NCBI GenBank assembly: GCA_903843705.1
Contig: CAIMQW010000277.1
Span: 10,091-74,090, forward strand
DNA length: 64,000 bases
Direction of reading: 5' to 3'
Source of the DNA: an uncultured Holophagaceae bacterium
Lineage (GTDB): Bacteria; Acidobacteriota; Holophagae; Holophagales; Holophagaceae
Shown: in pieces, positions 49,425-58,725 of the stretch
How positions within the stretch are numbered: position 1 is the first letter of the stretch
Layout of the letters: each line of letters starts with the position of its first letter
The notes under the pieces: model-generated
What the model was told of the DNA's origin: nothing
The model's input: the letters and a program-made list of their open reading frames with translations, nothing else
Database searches by the model: none
Made by a program: the position numbers and the translations under genes

Positions 49425-50537
49425 ATGGCCGCCGACGTCCGCCGCCCTGTGGACCGCTGGTTGGTGTTCTTCGCGCTGGCCCTCGTGGCCATCGGCATGG
49501 TGTGGATCTATTCCGCGTCGGCCATCAAGGCCTCCCAGAACCACACCGCCGCCACGGCCTTCCTGATGCGCCAGCTCGTGGGCGGCGCCATCGGCATCGC
49601 CTTCATGCTGGCCCTCTCGCAAGTCGATCTCGCCACCCTGCAGGACCACCCGCGTCCCCTGATGGTCACCTACTTCATCATGCTCGGCCTCCTGGCAGCG
49701 GTGCTTGTCATCGGTCCGAAGATCAACGGCGCCCATCGCTGGCTGCGCTTCGGCCCCATGAGCATCCAACCCTCCGAGCTGTTCAAGCCGGTCTCGGTGC
49801 TCATCGCGGCCTACTGGATGGTTCGACATCGCGAGGCCTGGCGGAACCACCGCGATGCCCTGCCCAAGCTGCTGAGCCTCGCAGGTATTCTCGTGGTGCC
49901 CCTGGCCCTCATCCTTCGCGAACCGGACTTCGGCACCACCTTCCTCATCGTCTTCGTGGCCTTGATGGTGGTCTACCTCGGCGGTGCGCCCAAGTGGATC
50001 TTCGCCATCGCCATCCCCGTCCTCGGCGCCCTGGGCACGGCCTTCGTGGTGCTCTCCCCCTACCGCCTGGCCCGCGTCACGAGCTTCCTCAATCCGGAGG
50101 CGGATCCCCTGGGCAAGGGCCACCAGGCCCTCCAGAGCCTCGTGGCTGTGGGCAACGGCGGCCTGATGGGCGTCGGCCTCGGGGCGGGTCGGCAGAAGCT
50201 CTTCTACCTGCCCGAGGCCCACACCGACTTCATCTATGCAGTCATCGCTGAGGAGGCCGGCCTCATCGGCACCGCGGCGGTCCTCACGCTCTTCGTGGCC
50301 ATCCTGTGGCGCGGCTACCGCATCGCCAGCCGCGTGGGCGACAGCTACCTGAAGCTCTGCGCCATGGGCTTCGTCCTGCTGCTGGTGGTGCAGGCCCTCA
50401 TGAACATGAGCGTGGTGCTCTCCCTGGCGCCCAACAAGGGCATCCCCCTGCCCTTCATCTCCTTCGGCCCCAACAGCCTCATCACCAGCCTCATATGCCT
50501 GGGCTTCCTGCTGGCCATTAGCAAAGACACCGCCTGA
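49425..50537 (+). CDS. ftsW: SEDS peptidoglycan glycosyltransferase
   Basis: IYSAS, NGAHRW, QPSE, EPDFGT, QKLFYLPEAHTDFI, KGIPLPFIS. Confidence 0.85.
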   Translation: MAADVRRPVDRWLVFFALALVAIGMVWIYSASAIKASQNHTAATAFLMRQLVGGAIGIAFMLALSQVDLATLQDHPRPLMVTYFIMLGLLAAVLVIGPKINGAHRWLRFGPMSIQPSELFKPVSVLIAAYWMVRHREAWRNHRDALPKLLSLAGILVVPLALILREPDFGTTFLIVFVALMVVYLGGAPKWIFAIAIPVLGALGTAFVVLSPYRLARVTSFLNPEADPLGKGHQALQSLVAVGNGGLMGVGLGAGRQKLFYLPEAHTDFIYAVIAEEAGLIGTAAVLTLFVAILWRGYRIASRVGDSYLKLCAMGFVLLLVVQALMNMSVVLSLAPNKGIPLPFISFGPNSLITSLICLGFLLAISKDTA

Positions 50538-50540
50538 AGC

Positions 50541-51704
50541 TCAACCCAGCCGCAGGGGTTCGTCGTCGTCTTCGTCCACGAGGGTGATGTTGGAGCCCCC
50601 GCCTAGCAGCACCGCGTCCTCGAACATGTTCTTCAGCTTCGGCTCGAACCGCTCGGCCTGACCCAGGCGCGGATCGATCTTCACATCCACGTCGGTGCGG
50701 ACGAGACCTCTCACTTCCGTCTCCTCCAGACCGAAGAGGGCGCCGAGAACCTTGAGCGGATTTAGCGCGTGGAAGTCTCCCAGGCGCGTGCTGAAGGTGA
50801 GGACGGCATCCTCGAGACGCGGTTCCTGAACGATCGTGCGCAGGTCCAGGGAGGCCTCCCCCTTCGCGCCGCCGCGATCCCATCGCCAGGTGTCCGCGGC
50901 GAGGAAGCCGTTGAGTCCGGCCGCCACCCGGTCCTGGAGACCCACGGGCAGTTCCCAGCGCCACCACGCGCGGAGGGCGAGGTCAGCCAGGGGCGTCGCA
51001 TAGGCGGGTAGAGCGGTCCAGGTGTGCACGTGGAGCCCCAGCGGCAGGCGCCGGTTCAGGCGCGCGAGCAAGAGGGGCGCGGCCTCCATGGGCTCCCGCT
51101 TCAGCACCGCATCCATGCACTCCGCCCTGCCGCCAACCTGGGCGGGAAGGGGCAGGCCGACGCTGAACAGCGGCCGCGGACGCTTGCCCATGTCTAAGGC
51201 CAGGCCGATGCCTTCGAGGCGGAAGGCATGCAGGAAGAGTGCATGGAGATCGCCATCGTCGAAGGGGAGCGCACCATTTTCCTTCACGTAGGAGAACCGG
51301 ATGAGCTGCCGCCTCGTATCAAGATGCCAGAGGGCGGCGCGGCGCTTTCGGGCCTTCTCGACGAGCGGCTTCAGGCCCGACTCCAGAACGCGAAGATCAC
51401 TCCGTTCCGCCAATACGTGTCGAGCCGACCGGAGGACTTCTCCGGCATCCTCCACAAGATCTGAAGCAATGAGTGCCTGCGTCCAGGCAGCGGCATCGAG
51501 AGGGATCGAATGTTCAATGACGGCCCGGAGATCCAGCATTGGCGAGGGTTCCAGGCTGGTGTTCGCGGCCTCCATCACGGCGTGGGCGGCCTGCAGCAGC
51601 TGTTTTTTGAGCTGGACTTCGACAGGAATTCCCAGAGGCGGGATACGTCCGGTTACGTATCCAGACTCGGAGCGGGAGGGCGGAATGGATGAGGAAGAGG
51701 TCAT
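50541..51704 (-). CDS. DUF2344 / TIGR03936 radical-SAM-associated family protein with N-terminal extension
   Basis: RFSYVKE....F....DL...F..AFR..G......G..PRP..S.G.PLP..V.G.AE pattern; ATG 51704. Confidence 0.7.
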   Translation of the reverse strand: MTSSSSIPPSRSESGYVTGRIPPLGIPVEVQLKKQLLQAAHAVMEAANTSLEPSPMLDLRAVIEHSIPLDAAAWTQALIASDLVEDAGEVLRSARHVLAERSDLRVLESGLKPLVEKARKRRAALWHLDTRRQLIRFSYVKENGALPFDDGDLHALFLHAFRLEGIGLALDMGKRPRPLFSVGLPLPAQVGGRAECMDAVLKREPMEAAPLLLARLNRRLPLGLHVHTWTALPAYATPLADLALRAWWRWELPVGLQDRVAAGLNGFLAADTWRWDRGGAKGEASLDLRTIVQEPRLEDAVLTFSTRLGDFHALNPLKVLGALFGLEETEVRGLVRTDVDVKIDPRLGQAERFEPKLKNMFEDAVLLGGGSNITLVDEDDDEPLRLG

Positions 51705-51951
51705 GTTTGGCCCTTGGATTCCCAGGATGACAGGGTCGCTGGCGGTCAATCCGGGGAGCGATATCCACATCCACTGTGGGAACCTGCGGGCCGGAATCCA
51801 AGAATTCCTTTTATCAAAAGCCACTTGCCGGTTTGCCCGTTTTTGGTGGCAGGGGCAGTCCCGATTGACCGGTTGACATCTGCCTTTGGGTTCGTTCCCG
51901 GAACCACTCTTTGCCTTCTTTGCCCAGTCGAGGCAAGCTGGAAAGGCCGCC

Positions 51952-52662
51952 ATGATCCATGATCCCTACATCATTCCTCCGCTTCCCGCCGACTGGCCGT
52001 ACCCGCCCGGCGTTCCCCGCCTGCCCCTGGGCTGCCGCGTGAATCGGGAACTCCCGGGCCTGGGCGGCGGCTGGCGAATCTGCACCCCCGGCGCCGTCGA
52101 GCCCTCGGGCAAGGCGGTGCCCGTCCAAGGAGCCTTCGGCCGTGGTGGCGTGTTGCGCGTCGGTGATCTGGTGCTTCGACCCTATCGCCGCGGGGGACTC
52201 CTTCGCCACGTCAACGAGCGCACCTATCGATCAAATCTTCGCTTCGCCGCCGAGTACGCCGTGCACCGCGGCCTATGGGAGGCGGGCTTCCCCACCGTGG
52301 AGCCCATGGGCTACGCGTGGCGCCCTGTGCGGTTCGGCGTGGAGGGTGTGCTGATCACCCGACTGGCGCCGGGCCAGCCCTGGCCGAGCCGCTGGGACCT
52401 GAGTGGCGAGCGCGCCGGAGACATCCGTCAGGCCCTCGCCTGTCTCTGCGAGTGGGGCCTCTGGTCACCGGATCTGAATGCGACGAACGTCATGCTGCCA
52501 CCCGACGGCGGGGCGCTCTTCTTGGACTGGGACCGCGCCGGCTTCGTGGCCTCTGCGGTGGATCTGATGCCCCGGTACCGGGCCCGGCTGGACCGAAGTT
52601 TGCAGAAGCTCGGCGCCCCCGCCGAGGCCTTCGCCGTCACTGCACCTGCACCGCGTCCGTGA
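51952..52662 (+). CDS. Kdo kinase-like LPS kinase (KdkA/InaA family)
   Basis: VLRPYRRGG, PDLNATNV, LDWDR. Confidence 0.78.
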   Translation: MIHDPYIIPPLPADWPYPPGVPRLPLGCRVNRELPGLGGGWRICTPGAVEPSGKAVPVQGAFGRGGVLRVGDLVLRPYRRGGLLRHVNERTYRSNLRFAAEYAVHRGLWEAGFPTVEPMGYAWRPVRFGVEGVLITRLAPGQPWPSRWDLSGERAGDIRQALACLCEWGLWSPDLNATNVMLPPDGGALFLDWDRAGFVASAVDLMPRYRARLDRSLQKLGAPAEAFAVTAPAPRP

Positions 52663-53215
52663 TGATCACCGGCTTCACCGGCAGGTTCAGGAAGTCGCTG
52701 CGCTTGTTGCTGGTCTTCACCGCCTTGATGCGGTCGACCACATCCATGCCCACGACCACCTTTCCGAATACGCAGTAGCCCCAGGTCTGGTCGTTGACCT
52801 TGCTCTTGAAGTCCAGCGCCGGATTGTCCACCACGTTGATGAAGAACTCCGCGGCCGCGCTGTTGGGATCGGGCGTCCGGGCCATGGCGAGGGTGCCCCG
52901 CTTGTTCTTCAGCCCTGCTGCCAGGGCGCGGTCCGCCTCGTTGGGAATGGCGGGATCCGTCCGCTTCTTGCCGAGGTAGTCCACATAGCCGCCGCCCTGG
53001 ATCATGAAACCCGGGATGACGCGGTGGAAGATGGTCCCCTTGTACTGGCCCTTCTTCACATACTTCAGGAAGTTCTCCACGGTCCGAGGCGCGGCCTCCG
53101 GCTCCAGTTCCAGGACGATGGGGCCCAGGGATGTGGTCAGCTTCACGCGGGGCTTCGGCCCGGCGGTGAGGCCGAGCGCGGCGAGGGATAGAAGGACGGC
53201 GATCAGGGGGCGCAT
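52637..53215 (-). CDS. ppiA: Cyclophilin-type PPIase, periplasmic
   Basis: Signal peptide, FHRVIPGFMIQGGG, LAMART, GYCVFGKV. Confidence 0.9.
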   Translation of the reverse strand: MRPLIAVLLSLAALGLTAGPKPRVKLTTSLGPIVLELEPEAAPRTVENFLKYVKKGQYKGTIFHRVIPGFMIQGGGYVDYLGKKRTDPAIPNEADRALAAGLKNKRGTLAMARTPDPNSAAAEFFINVVDNPALDFKSKVNDQTWGYCVFGKVVVGMDVVDRIKAVKTSNKRSDFLNLPVKPVIITDAVQVQ

Positions 53216-53259
53216 CAGGATCTCCGGGACTGCCCCATGGTAGCCGCAACCGGCACCGA

Positions 53260-55065
53260 TCAGTAGGCGCCGAGACTCCGGGCAATGGCGTCCCGCTGGC
53301 CCTTGAAGCCCTGCTCTTCCCGGCTCTCCTTGATCACGGACCGGGCCTGTTCCCGCTGGCCCAGCTTCAGCATGGCCTGGGCCCGCATGAGGGCCACCCA
53401 GCCCCGCTGCTCCGGCGCGAGGGACTTGCCCGGGTATATGGCCAGGGCGCCCCGAGCGTCGCCGGCCTGCAGCCGGAGGTCGCCAACCAGGATGTTCACA
53501 GGTTCACGCAGCTCCACCTTCTCGGTCAGCCGCGATAGCCAGCCCTCCGCCTCGCTGTGCCGCTGCGCGGCGTTCTCCTTGGGCCCCAGAGGACGCTGGA
53601 GCAGCCGCAGGATCACCTTCACCCGCTCTGGACCCGGCAGGGCCCGCGGCAGGGCGCTGCGGACGGCGGGCCAATTCTCCAGGGCCGCCTCTGCTCGGGC
53701 CCGGATCAGGGCCTCTTCCGGGGTGTCGCCCTTGGGCGGCATGAGCTTCAGGACCTGCCTGGGCTGGGCCTCGGGCTGGACCTTGGCAAGTGCGGCATTG
53801 CGCGGCGCGGTGCGCTGGGCCACAGGTACGTCGGCCAGCAGCGAGGGCAGCACCTCCAGCAGACCGTGCACGGCGAACAGCTCCGCAACACCGAGGCGCA
53901 GCCGGGGGTCCAGTGCACCGAAATGGCCCGGCTTCATCCGCACCAACAGCTCGCCCGGAAAACCCTTCTCGAGGCGCTGGCCTACCCAGGCGTTCCAGGC
54001 CTCGGCCCAGAGTTTCCTCACCTCTGCGCCTTCGCGCAGGACCGGGTCCATCCGCTCGACCAGGTTCAGGCACTCCTCCCACTGAGTCTTGCCGATCAGC
54101 AGCCGCAGCTCTACGACCTGGGCGGTCCCCTTAGGCAGGTTCTTGCCGCCCTTCCGCACCTCGGCCAGCAGGGACTCGGCGCTGGGTAGATCCTTGGCGT
54201 CCGGCAGGCTGCCGTCCGTCAGCAGGCTGGCGAGGGCCAGCCGAGCATCATCGGCCTGGGAGGACTTCGGGAAATCCTTGACCAATTTGCGGAGCACCTG
54301 GGCCGCCCCCTTGGCGTCACCGGATCGGCCGAGTAGCCGGCCCCAGGCCAGTTCCAGGCGAGGGGTCAGCTCGCTGCTCGGGTAGAGCCTGGCGAAGTCC
54401 TTGCGGGCCGCTTCGGCCTGATCCCGGGCACCTGTGACCGTGAGCACCTCGGCGATGGCCGCCAGACCCCGCTCAGAGGTTTTCTCGCCGCCGTTGAGGG
54501 GCTTAAGGGCCTGCACGATGGGCAGGGCTTCCTGGGGCCGTCCCTGCTCCACCAGCAGCCAGATCAGGAGCTCCTGGGAGCCCCGCTTGCGCTCGGCAGG
54601 CATGTCCGAGGCCAGCGCTTGGTGGAGCCGTCCCTCGGCATCCTTGTAGCGCTTCTGGTTCAGGGCATCCTCCGCCAGGATGGTATTGGCCTCCCCCATG
54701 AACGGTGACTTGGGCCATTGCCGCTCCAGCTTCTTGAGCGCCACGGCCGCGGCCGGGAGATTGCCCACCCGGGCCTCGAGGATGCCCTGGGCGTAGAGCA
54801 CTAGCTCCCGCTCGGGCACCTTGCTGGATTTGAAGCTGTGGCCCTTCAGGCGGGCCAGCGCGGCCTTGATGGAGATGGCGTTCTCTGCGTGAAGGGCCTC
54901 CTTGGCCAGCTCCGCCGCCTGGGCATCGCTCATGCTTCCGCTGCGGGTCGGGCCCTGCTTCGCCGCAGGCGCGGCGGCGTGGGAGGGGTCCTGTCCCGCG
55001 GCCAGGAGGGGCGCGACCAGCAGCAGCGCCGCCGACCAGGGCCGCCTGAGGCTCACGAGAGCCAC
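53260..55065 (-). CDS. Exported TPR-repeat protein
   Basis: Signal peptide; TPR/YfiO-like repeats (LERQWPKSPF, ARLYPSSE, LVKDFPKSSQADDA). Confidence 0.8.
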   Translation of the reverse strand: MALVSLRRPWSAALLLVAPLLAAGQDPSHAAAPAAKQGPTRSGSMSDAQAAELAKEALHAENAISIKAALARLKGHSFKSSKVPERELVLYAQGILEARVGNLPAAAVALKKLERQWPKSPFMGEANTILAEDALNQKRYKDAEGRLHQALASDMPAERKRGSQELLIWLLVEQGRPQEALPIVQALKPLNGGEKTSERGLAAIAEVLTVTGARDQAEAARKDFARLYPSSELTPRLELAWGRLLGRSGDAKGAAQVLRKLVKDFPKSSQADDARLALASLLTDGSLPDAKDLPSAESLLAEVRKGGKNLPKGTAQVVELRLLIGKTQWEECLNLVERMDPVLREGAEVRKLWAEAWNAWVGQRLEKGFPGELLVRMKPGHFGALDPRLRLGVAELFAVHGLLEVLPSLLADVPVAQRTAPRNAALAKVQPEAQPRQVLKLMPPKGDTPEEALIRARAEAALENWPAVRSALPRALPGPERVKVILRLLQRPLGPKENAAQRHSEAEGWLSRLTEKVELREPVNILVGDLRLQAGDARGALAIYPGKSLAPEQRGWVALMRAQAMLKLGQREQARSVIKESREEQGFKGQRDAIARSLGAY

Positions 55066-55700
55066 CGGGCGAGGAGGTTCTTCTTGCCGTGCTCGAACTC
55101 CTCTTCCGAGAGCAGGCCCTTCCCTCTCAGGACTGCGAGGCGCTCGAGGTCTGCCAGGGCGTCCGGCTTCGCGGCCGCAGCGCTGGGCGCGATCTGGTTG
55201 GCGAGGATCTCCATGCGGCCCAGGGTCGTCTCCAGCCGCTCGGCCCGCTCCATCAGGGCCTTCACTTGGGCGCGCAGGGCGTCGCGCTCGTGGGCCAGGT
55301 CCCGACGCTCCATGAGCCGCCGCAGCGTGTTCCGGAACTGGTCGATCTGCATGGGCTTCGTGACGAAATCAAAAGCGCCCAGCTCCATGGCCTCCGTGGC
55401 CTCGCGCACACTGCCGAAGCCCGTAAGCACCAGCACCGTGCAGCTGGGGTTCAGCTTCAACGCGCACTTGAGGACATCCATCCCGGTCTTCCCGGGCATG
55501 ACCAAGTCCGTGATCACCAGGTCGAAGGGGGGCTGCTCGCTCCGCAGCTTCACTTCGGCCTCCTCCCCGGTGGCGGCCGTGACCACGTGGAATCCCTCCT
55601 GGGTAAGCAGGGTCGAGAGGGTCTCCCGGGGCATGGGATCATCATCCACCAGCAGCAGGCTGGGGGTCGGACGGTGGGGCGGAACGATGGGGCGGGTCAA
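55053..55700 (-). CDS. Response regulator with coiled coil and C-terminal SHOCT domain
   Basis: LLVDDD, ITDLVMP, GAFDFVTKP; C-terminal LERLAVLRGKGLLSEEEFEHGKKNLL. Confidence 0.85.
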   Translation of the reverse strand: MTRPIVPPHRPTPSLLLVDDDPMPRETLSTLLTQEGFHVVTAATGEEAEVKLRSEQPPFDLVITDLVMPGKTGMDVLKCALKLNPSCTVLVLTGFGSVREATEAMELGAFDFVTKPMQIDQFRNTLRRLMERRDLAHERDALRAQVKALMERAERLETTLGRMEILANQIAPSAAAAKPDALADLERLAVLRGKGLLSEEEFEHGKKNLLARWLS

Positions 55701-55782
55701 AGGAGTCCCCTGGAATAATCTGACAATACCCTCTTCGGAGCCGAAGCGCGGGAACTCAAGCCTTGGAACTGTTCCTTTTGCT

Positions 55783-56838
55783 TCATGCAGCTCCCCTCAG
55801 CCGGTAGACGAAGGCGAGCACCTGCGCCACGGCCTGGAAAAGCTCATTGGGAATGGGTTGGTCCAGGTTTACCTGGCGGTAGAGCGCCCTCGCCAGTTCC
55901 GGGCGCTCCAGGATCGGCACGCCCGATTCCCGGGCCCGCTCCCGGATCTTGAGCGCCAGGTGATCCAGCCCCTTGGCCACACAGACCGGGGCGGCGGTCT
56001 TCTCGTCATAGCGCAGCGCCACCGCCACGTGCGTGGGGTTTGTCACCACCACCGTGGCCTTGGGTACCGCGGCCAGCATGCGGCGGCGCGCGGAAGCCAG
56101 CATGAGGCCCTTCTGCCGCTGCTTGATCTCGGGGCTGCCGTCCGCATCCTTGGCCTCGTCCTTCACTTCCTGCTTGGTCATGCGGATGCTCTTCTCCCAG
56201 GAGCTGCGCTGCCAGGCGAAGTCCGCGATGGCCAGCACTAGCATGGCGAGCATCACGTTGCGGTAGAGCGCGAAGACCGCGCTCTGGAAGAGGTCGAGGG
56301 AGTGCCCCAGGGGCAGCTTCAGGGTGGACAGCAGCGCGGGGATTCGGGGCTCCAGGACGGAATAGGCCACCCAAGCCAGGATGGCGAACTTGGCCAGGCT
56401 CTTCACCAGCTCTACCAAGGACTTCAGGGCGAACAGGCGCTTGAAGCCCTGGGCCGGGTTGAGCCGGTCGAACTTCAGCTGGAGCGGCTTGGTGTTGAAG
56501 CTGAAACCCCGCTGACTGAAGCCCACGGCCAGGGCGAGCAGCAAGTTGAGGGCAAGGAAGGGCAGCAGGAGCCGCCCGAGGATCATAATCAGGTCGCCAA
56601 CCAGAGTTATCCGTCCCGCTTCGGCGAGGGCGCCCGGCCGGGCCAGCTGGAGGAAGTGCGCCACCTGCTTGGCCAGAAGCGCCAGGGTGGCACTGCCCAG
56701 ACCCAGGAACAGGAAGAAGTTTCCCCAGAGCAGGATGGCCCCGTCGAAATCCGCGCTGCGCGGTACCGAGCCCTCGTCCCGGGCCTTTTGTCGGCGGCGA
56801 GGAGTGGCGGTCTCGGTGCGTGCGGGATCCTGGGGCAC
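55783..56838 (-). CDS. flhB: Flagellar export switch protein
   Basis: TETATPRR..KAR.EG, MTKQEVKDEAK, NPTH autocleavage motif. Confidence 0.93.
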   Translation of the reverse strand: MPQDPARTETATPRRRQKARDEGSVPRSADFDGAILLWGNFFLFLGLGSATLALLAKQVAHFLQLARPGALAEAGRITLVGDLIMILGRLLLPFLALNLLLALAVGFSQRGFSFNTKPLQLKFDRLNPAQGFKRLFALKSLVELVKSLAKFAILAWVAYSVLEPRIPALLSTLKLPLGHSLDLFQSAVFALYRNVMLAMLVLAIADFAWQRSSWEKSIRMTKQEVKDEAKDADGSPEIKQRQKGLMLASARRRMLAAVPKATVVVTNPTHVAVALRYDEKTAAPVCVAKGLDHLALKIRERARESGVPILERPELARALYRQVNLDQPIPNELFQAVAQVLAFVYRLRGAA

Positions 56839-56839
56839 C

Positions 56840-57625
56840 TCAGCCTCCCAGCAGCTTCAGGGCCAGCCTGGGACCCGACTCCAGCATGGGCCGCAGCCAG
56901 GGGCCCAGCTCCCGGAGGACCAGGCCCAGGATCACCAAGCCGAGGGAGATCTTCAGCGGGAAGCTCAGCTGGAGGAGCTGGAGCTGGGGCATGAACTTGC
57001 CGGAGATGCCCAGGATCAGGTCCAGCAGGAACAGCACGGCCAAGACGGGAAAGGCTAGCTGGAAGCCCTTGGCCAGCAGCTGGCCAATTAGGGTGATGAG
57101 ACCCATGACCTGCAGCGGGACGCCTTGGCCCATGGGAGCGACCCGGTAGCTGTCCACCAGGGCGAGGATCAGCTGGTGGTGCAACCCGGTGACGAAGACC
57201 AGGAGCGTCGCCATCTGCATCATCAGCGACCCGGAGACCGAAGCACTCTGGCCGGTGGCGGGATCCAGGAACTGCACGAAGGAGAAACCCATCTGCGTAT
57301 CCATGAGCGTGCCGGCGAAGGCCACGGCCTCCAGGATCCAGGCCACCACGGTGCCCAGCAGCATGCCGATGGCCAGTTCCGCCGCCATCAGGGCCGCCAG
57401 GCCCGGGATGCCCGTTGGCAGCGCGGAGGGCGTCGGCAGCACCGGCAGGATCACCGTCGCCAGCAGGGCGCCCAGCGCCGCCCGGAGCTGCATGGGCATC
57501 TGTTCAGAACCCAGGATGGGAAAGGTCGCCAGCAGCCCCGTGACCCTCGTGAGCACCAGCACCCACAAGGCCGCCTTGGCCCCCGTGAAGGCCCAGAGCC
57601 CCGAGTCCATCAGGGTCGGCGTCAT
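56840..57625 (-). CDS. fliR: Flagellar export gate protein
   Basis: Hydrophobic, AG.LMDTQMGFS, DP, PQLQ...FPLKI. Confidence 0.92.
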   Translation of the reverse strand: MTPTLMDSGLWAFTGAKAALWVLVLTRVTGLLATFPILGSEQMPMQLRAALGALLATVILPVLPTPSALPTGIPGLAALMAAELAIGMLLGTVVAWILEAVAFAGTLMDTQMGFSFVQFLDPATGQSASVSGSLMMQMATLLVFVTGLHHQLILALVDSYRVAPMGQGVPLQVMGLITLIGQLLAKGFQLAFPVLAVLFLLDLILGISGKFMPQLQLLQLSFPLKISLGLVILGLVLRELGPWLRPMLESGPRLALKLLGG

Positions 57626-57632
57626 GGGCGAC

Positions 57633-57911
57633 TCAGGACAGCTGCCGGACGAGGGTGTTGAACTCGGTGAACATCCGGGTCGTGAAGTGGACCATGGTCT
57701 GCATCATCCAGGGGAAGCTGACAGCGACCACGAGCATCACGGCGATGACCTTGGGCACAAAGGCGATGGTCTGGTCCTGGAGGCTGGTCACCACCTGGAA
57801 CACCGAGATGATGAGGCCCACCACCAGCGATACCACCAGGGCCGGTCCCGCCACCAGCAGCGCCGTCTTGAGGGCTTCCTTGCCAATCTGTGCGATCACG
57901 AGTTCATTCAC
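57633..57911 (-). CDS. fliQ: Flagellar export gate protein
   Basis: P.LVVSLVVGLIISVFQ..TSLQDQTIAFVPK. Confidence 0.94.
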   Translation of the reverse strand: MNELVIAQIGKEALKTALLVAGPALVVSLVVGLIISVFQVVTSLQDQTIAFVPKVIAVMLVVAVSFPWMMQTMVHFTTRMFTEFNTLVRQLS

Positions 57912-57931
57912 AGCTCACTCCCCGGCCCAAG

Positions 57932-57966
57932 GCCGATAGCCGTTTGCCGATAGCTGATAGCTGAAT
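57932..57966. repeat. Five degenerate tandem heptamers (GCYGATA-type)
   Basis: GCCGATA GCCGTTT GCCGATA GCTGATA GCTGAAT in the fliP-fliQ spacer. Confidence 0.7.
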
Positions 57967-57969
57967 ACC

Positions 57970-58725
57970 TCATCCCGTGTACCCCCGCACCAGGGAGCCC
58001 ACGATGAGGTACCAGCCGTCCACCAGCACGAATAGCAACACCTTGAAGGGCAGCGAGATCACCACCGGCGGCAGCATCATCATGCCCATGCTGAGCAGGA
58101 TGCTCGCCACCACCATGTCCACCACCAGGAAGGGCAAGAAGATCATGAAGCCGATCTCGAAGGCGGTCTTGAGCTCGCTGATGAGGAAGGCTGGGAGCAG
58201 GCACTCCATGGGCACGTCGGCCTTGGTCTTGGGCGCCGGAGCCTTGGCGATCCGCAGGAAAAGGCCCAGGTCCTTCTTCCGCGTGTGGCGCAGCATGAAG
58301 ACCTTCAGTGGCGCCCCGGTCCGCTCCAGAGCCTGCTCGGCGGACAGTTCGTTGCGCTGCAGGGGCTGCAGGGCCGTGGTGTTAATCTCCCGCGCCGTGG
58401 GCGCCATGATGAAGAAGGTCAGCACTAGCGAGAGGCTGATGAGCACCTGGTTCGAAGGCGTCTGCTGCGTGCCAAGCCCCTGGCGGAGGAAGTGCATCAC
58501 CACGGCGATGCGGGTGAAGCTGGTCGCGGTCATGAGGATGGTCGGGGCCAGGGAGAGGACGCTGAGGAGCAGCATCGCCTGGAGGCTGGTGCTGAGGGCC
58601 GGACCCGAGGGGGTCTTGCTGAAGTCCACGGTCACCGAGGGCAGCGGGGCCGCAGGCTGCGCGCAAAGCGTGGCGGCCGCCAGGAGCAGCAGGACCGCCG
58701 GCAGCCAGCGCAGCAGGCGGCTCAC
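57970..58725 (-). CDS. fliP: Flagellar export gate protein
   Basis: TSFTRI, LGTQQTPSNQ, PAFLISELKTAF, PFKVLLFVLVDGW; cleavable signal peptide as in FliP. Confidence 0.95.
   Translation of the reverse strand: MSRLLRWLPAVLLLLAAATLCAQPAAPLPSVTVDFSKTPSGPALSTSLQAMLLLSVLSLAPTILMTATSFTRIAVVMHFLRQGLGTQQTPSNQVLISLSLVLTFFIMAPTAREINTTALQPLQRNELSAEQALERTGAPLKVFMLRHTRKKDLGLFLRIAKAPAPKTKADVPMECLLPAFLISELKTAFEIGFMIFLPFLVVDMVVASILLSMGMMMLPPVVISLPFKVLLFVLVDGWYLIVGSLVRGYTG

Noticed and set aside
51705-51951. Replication origin or c-di-GMP riboswitch in this spacer
   Set aside because: Only two imperfect DnaA boxes with no dnaA context; GGCAAA is present but the rest of the riboswitch consensus is not.
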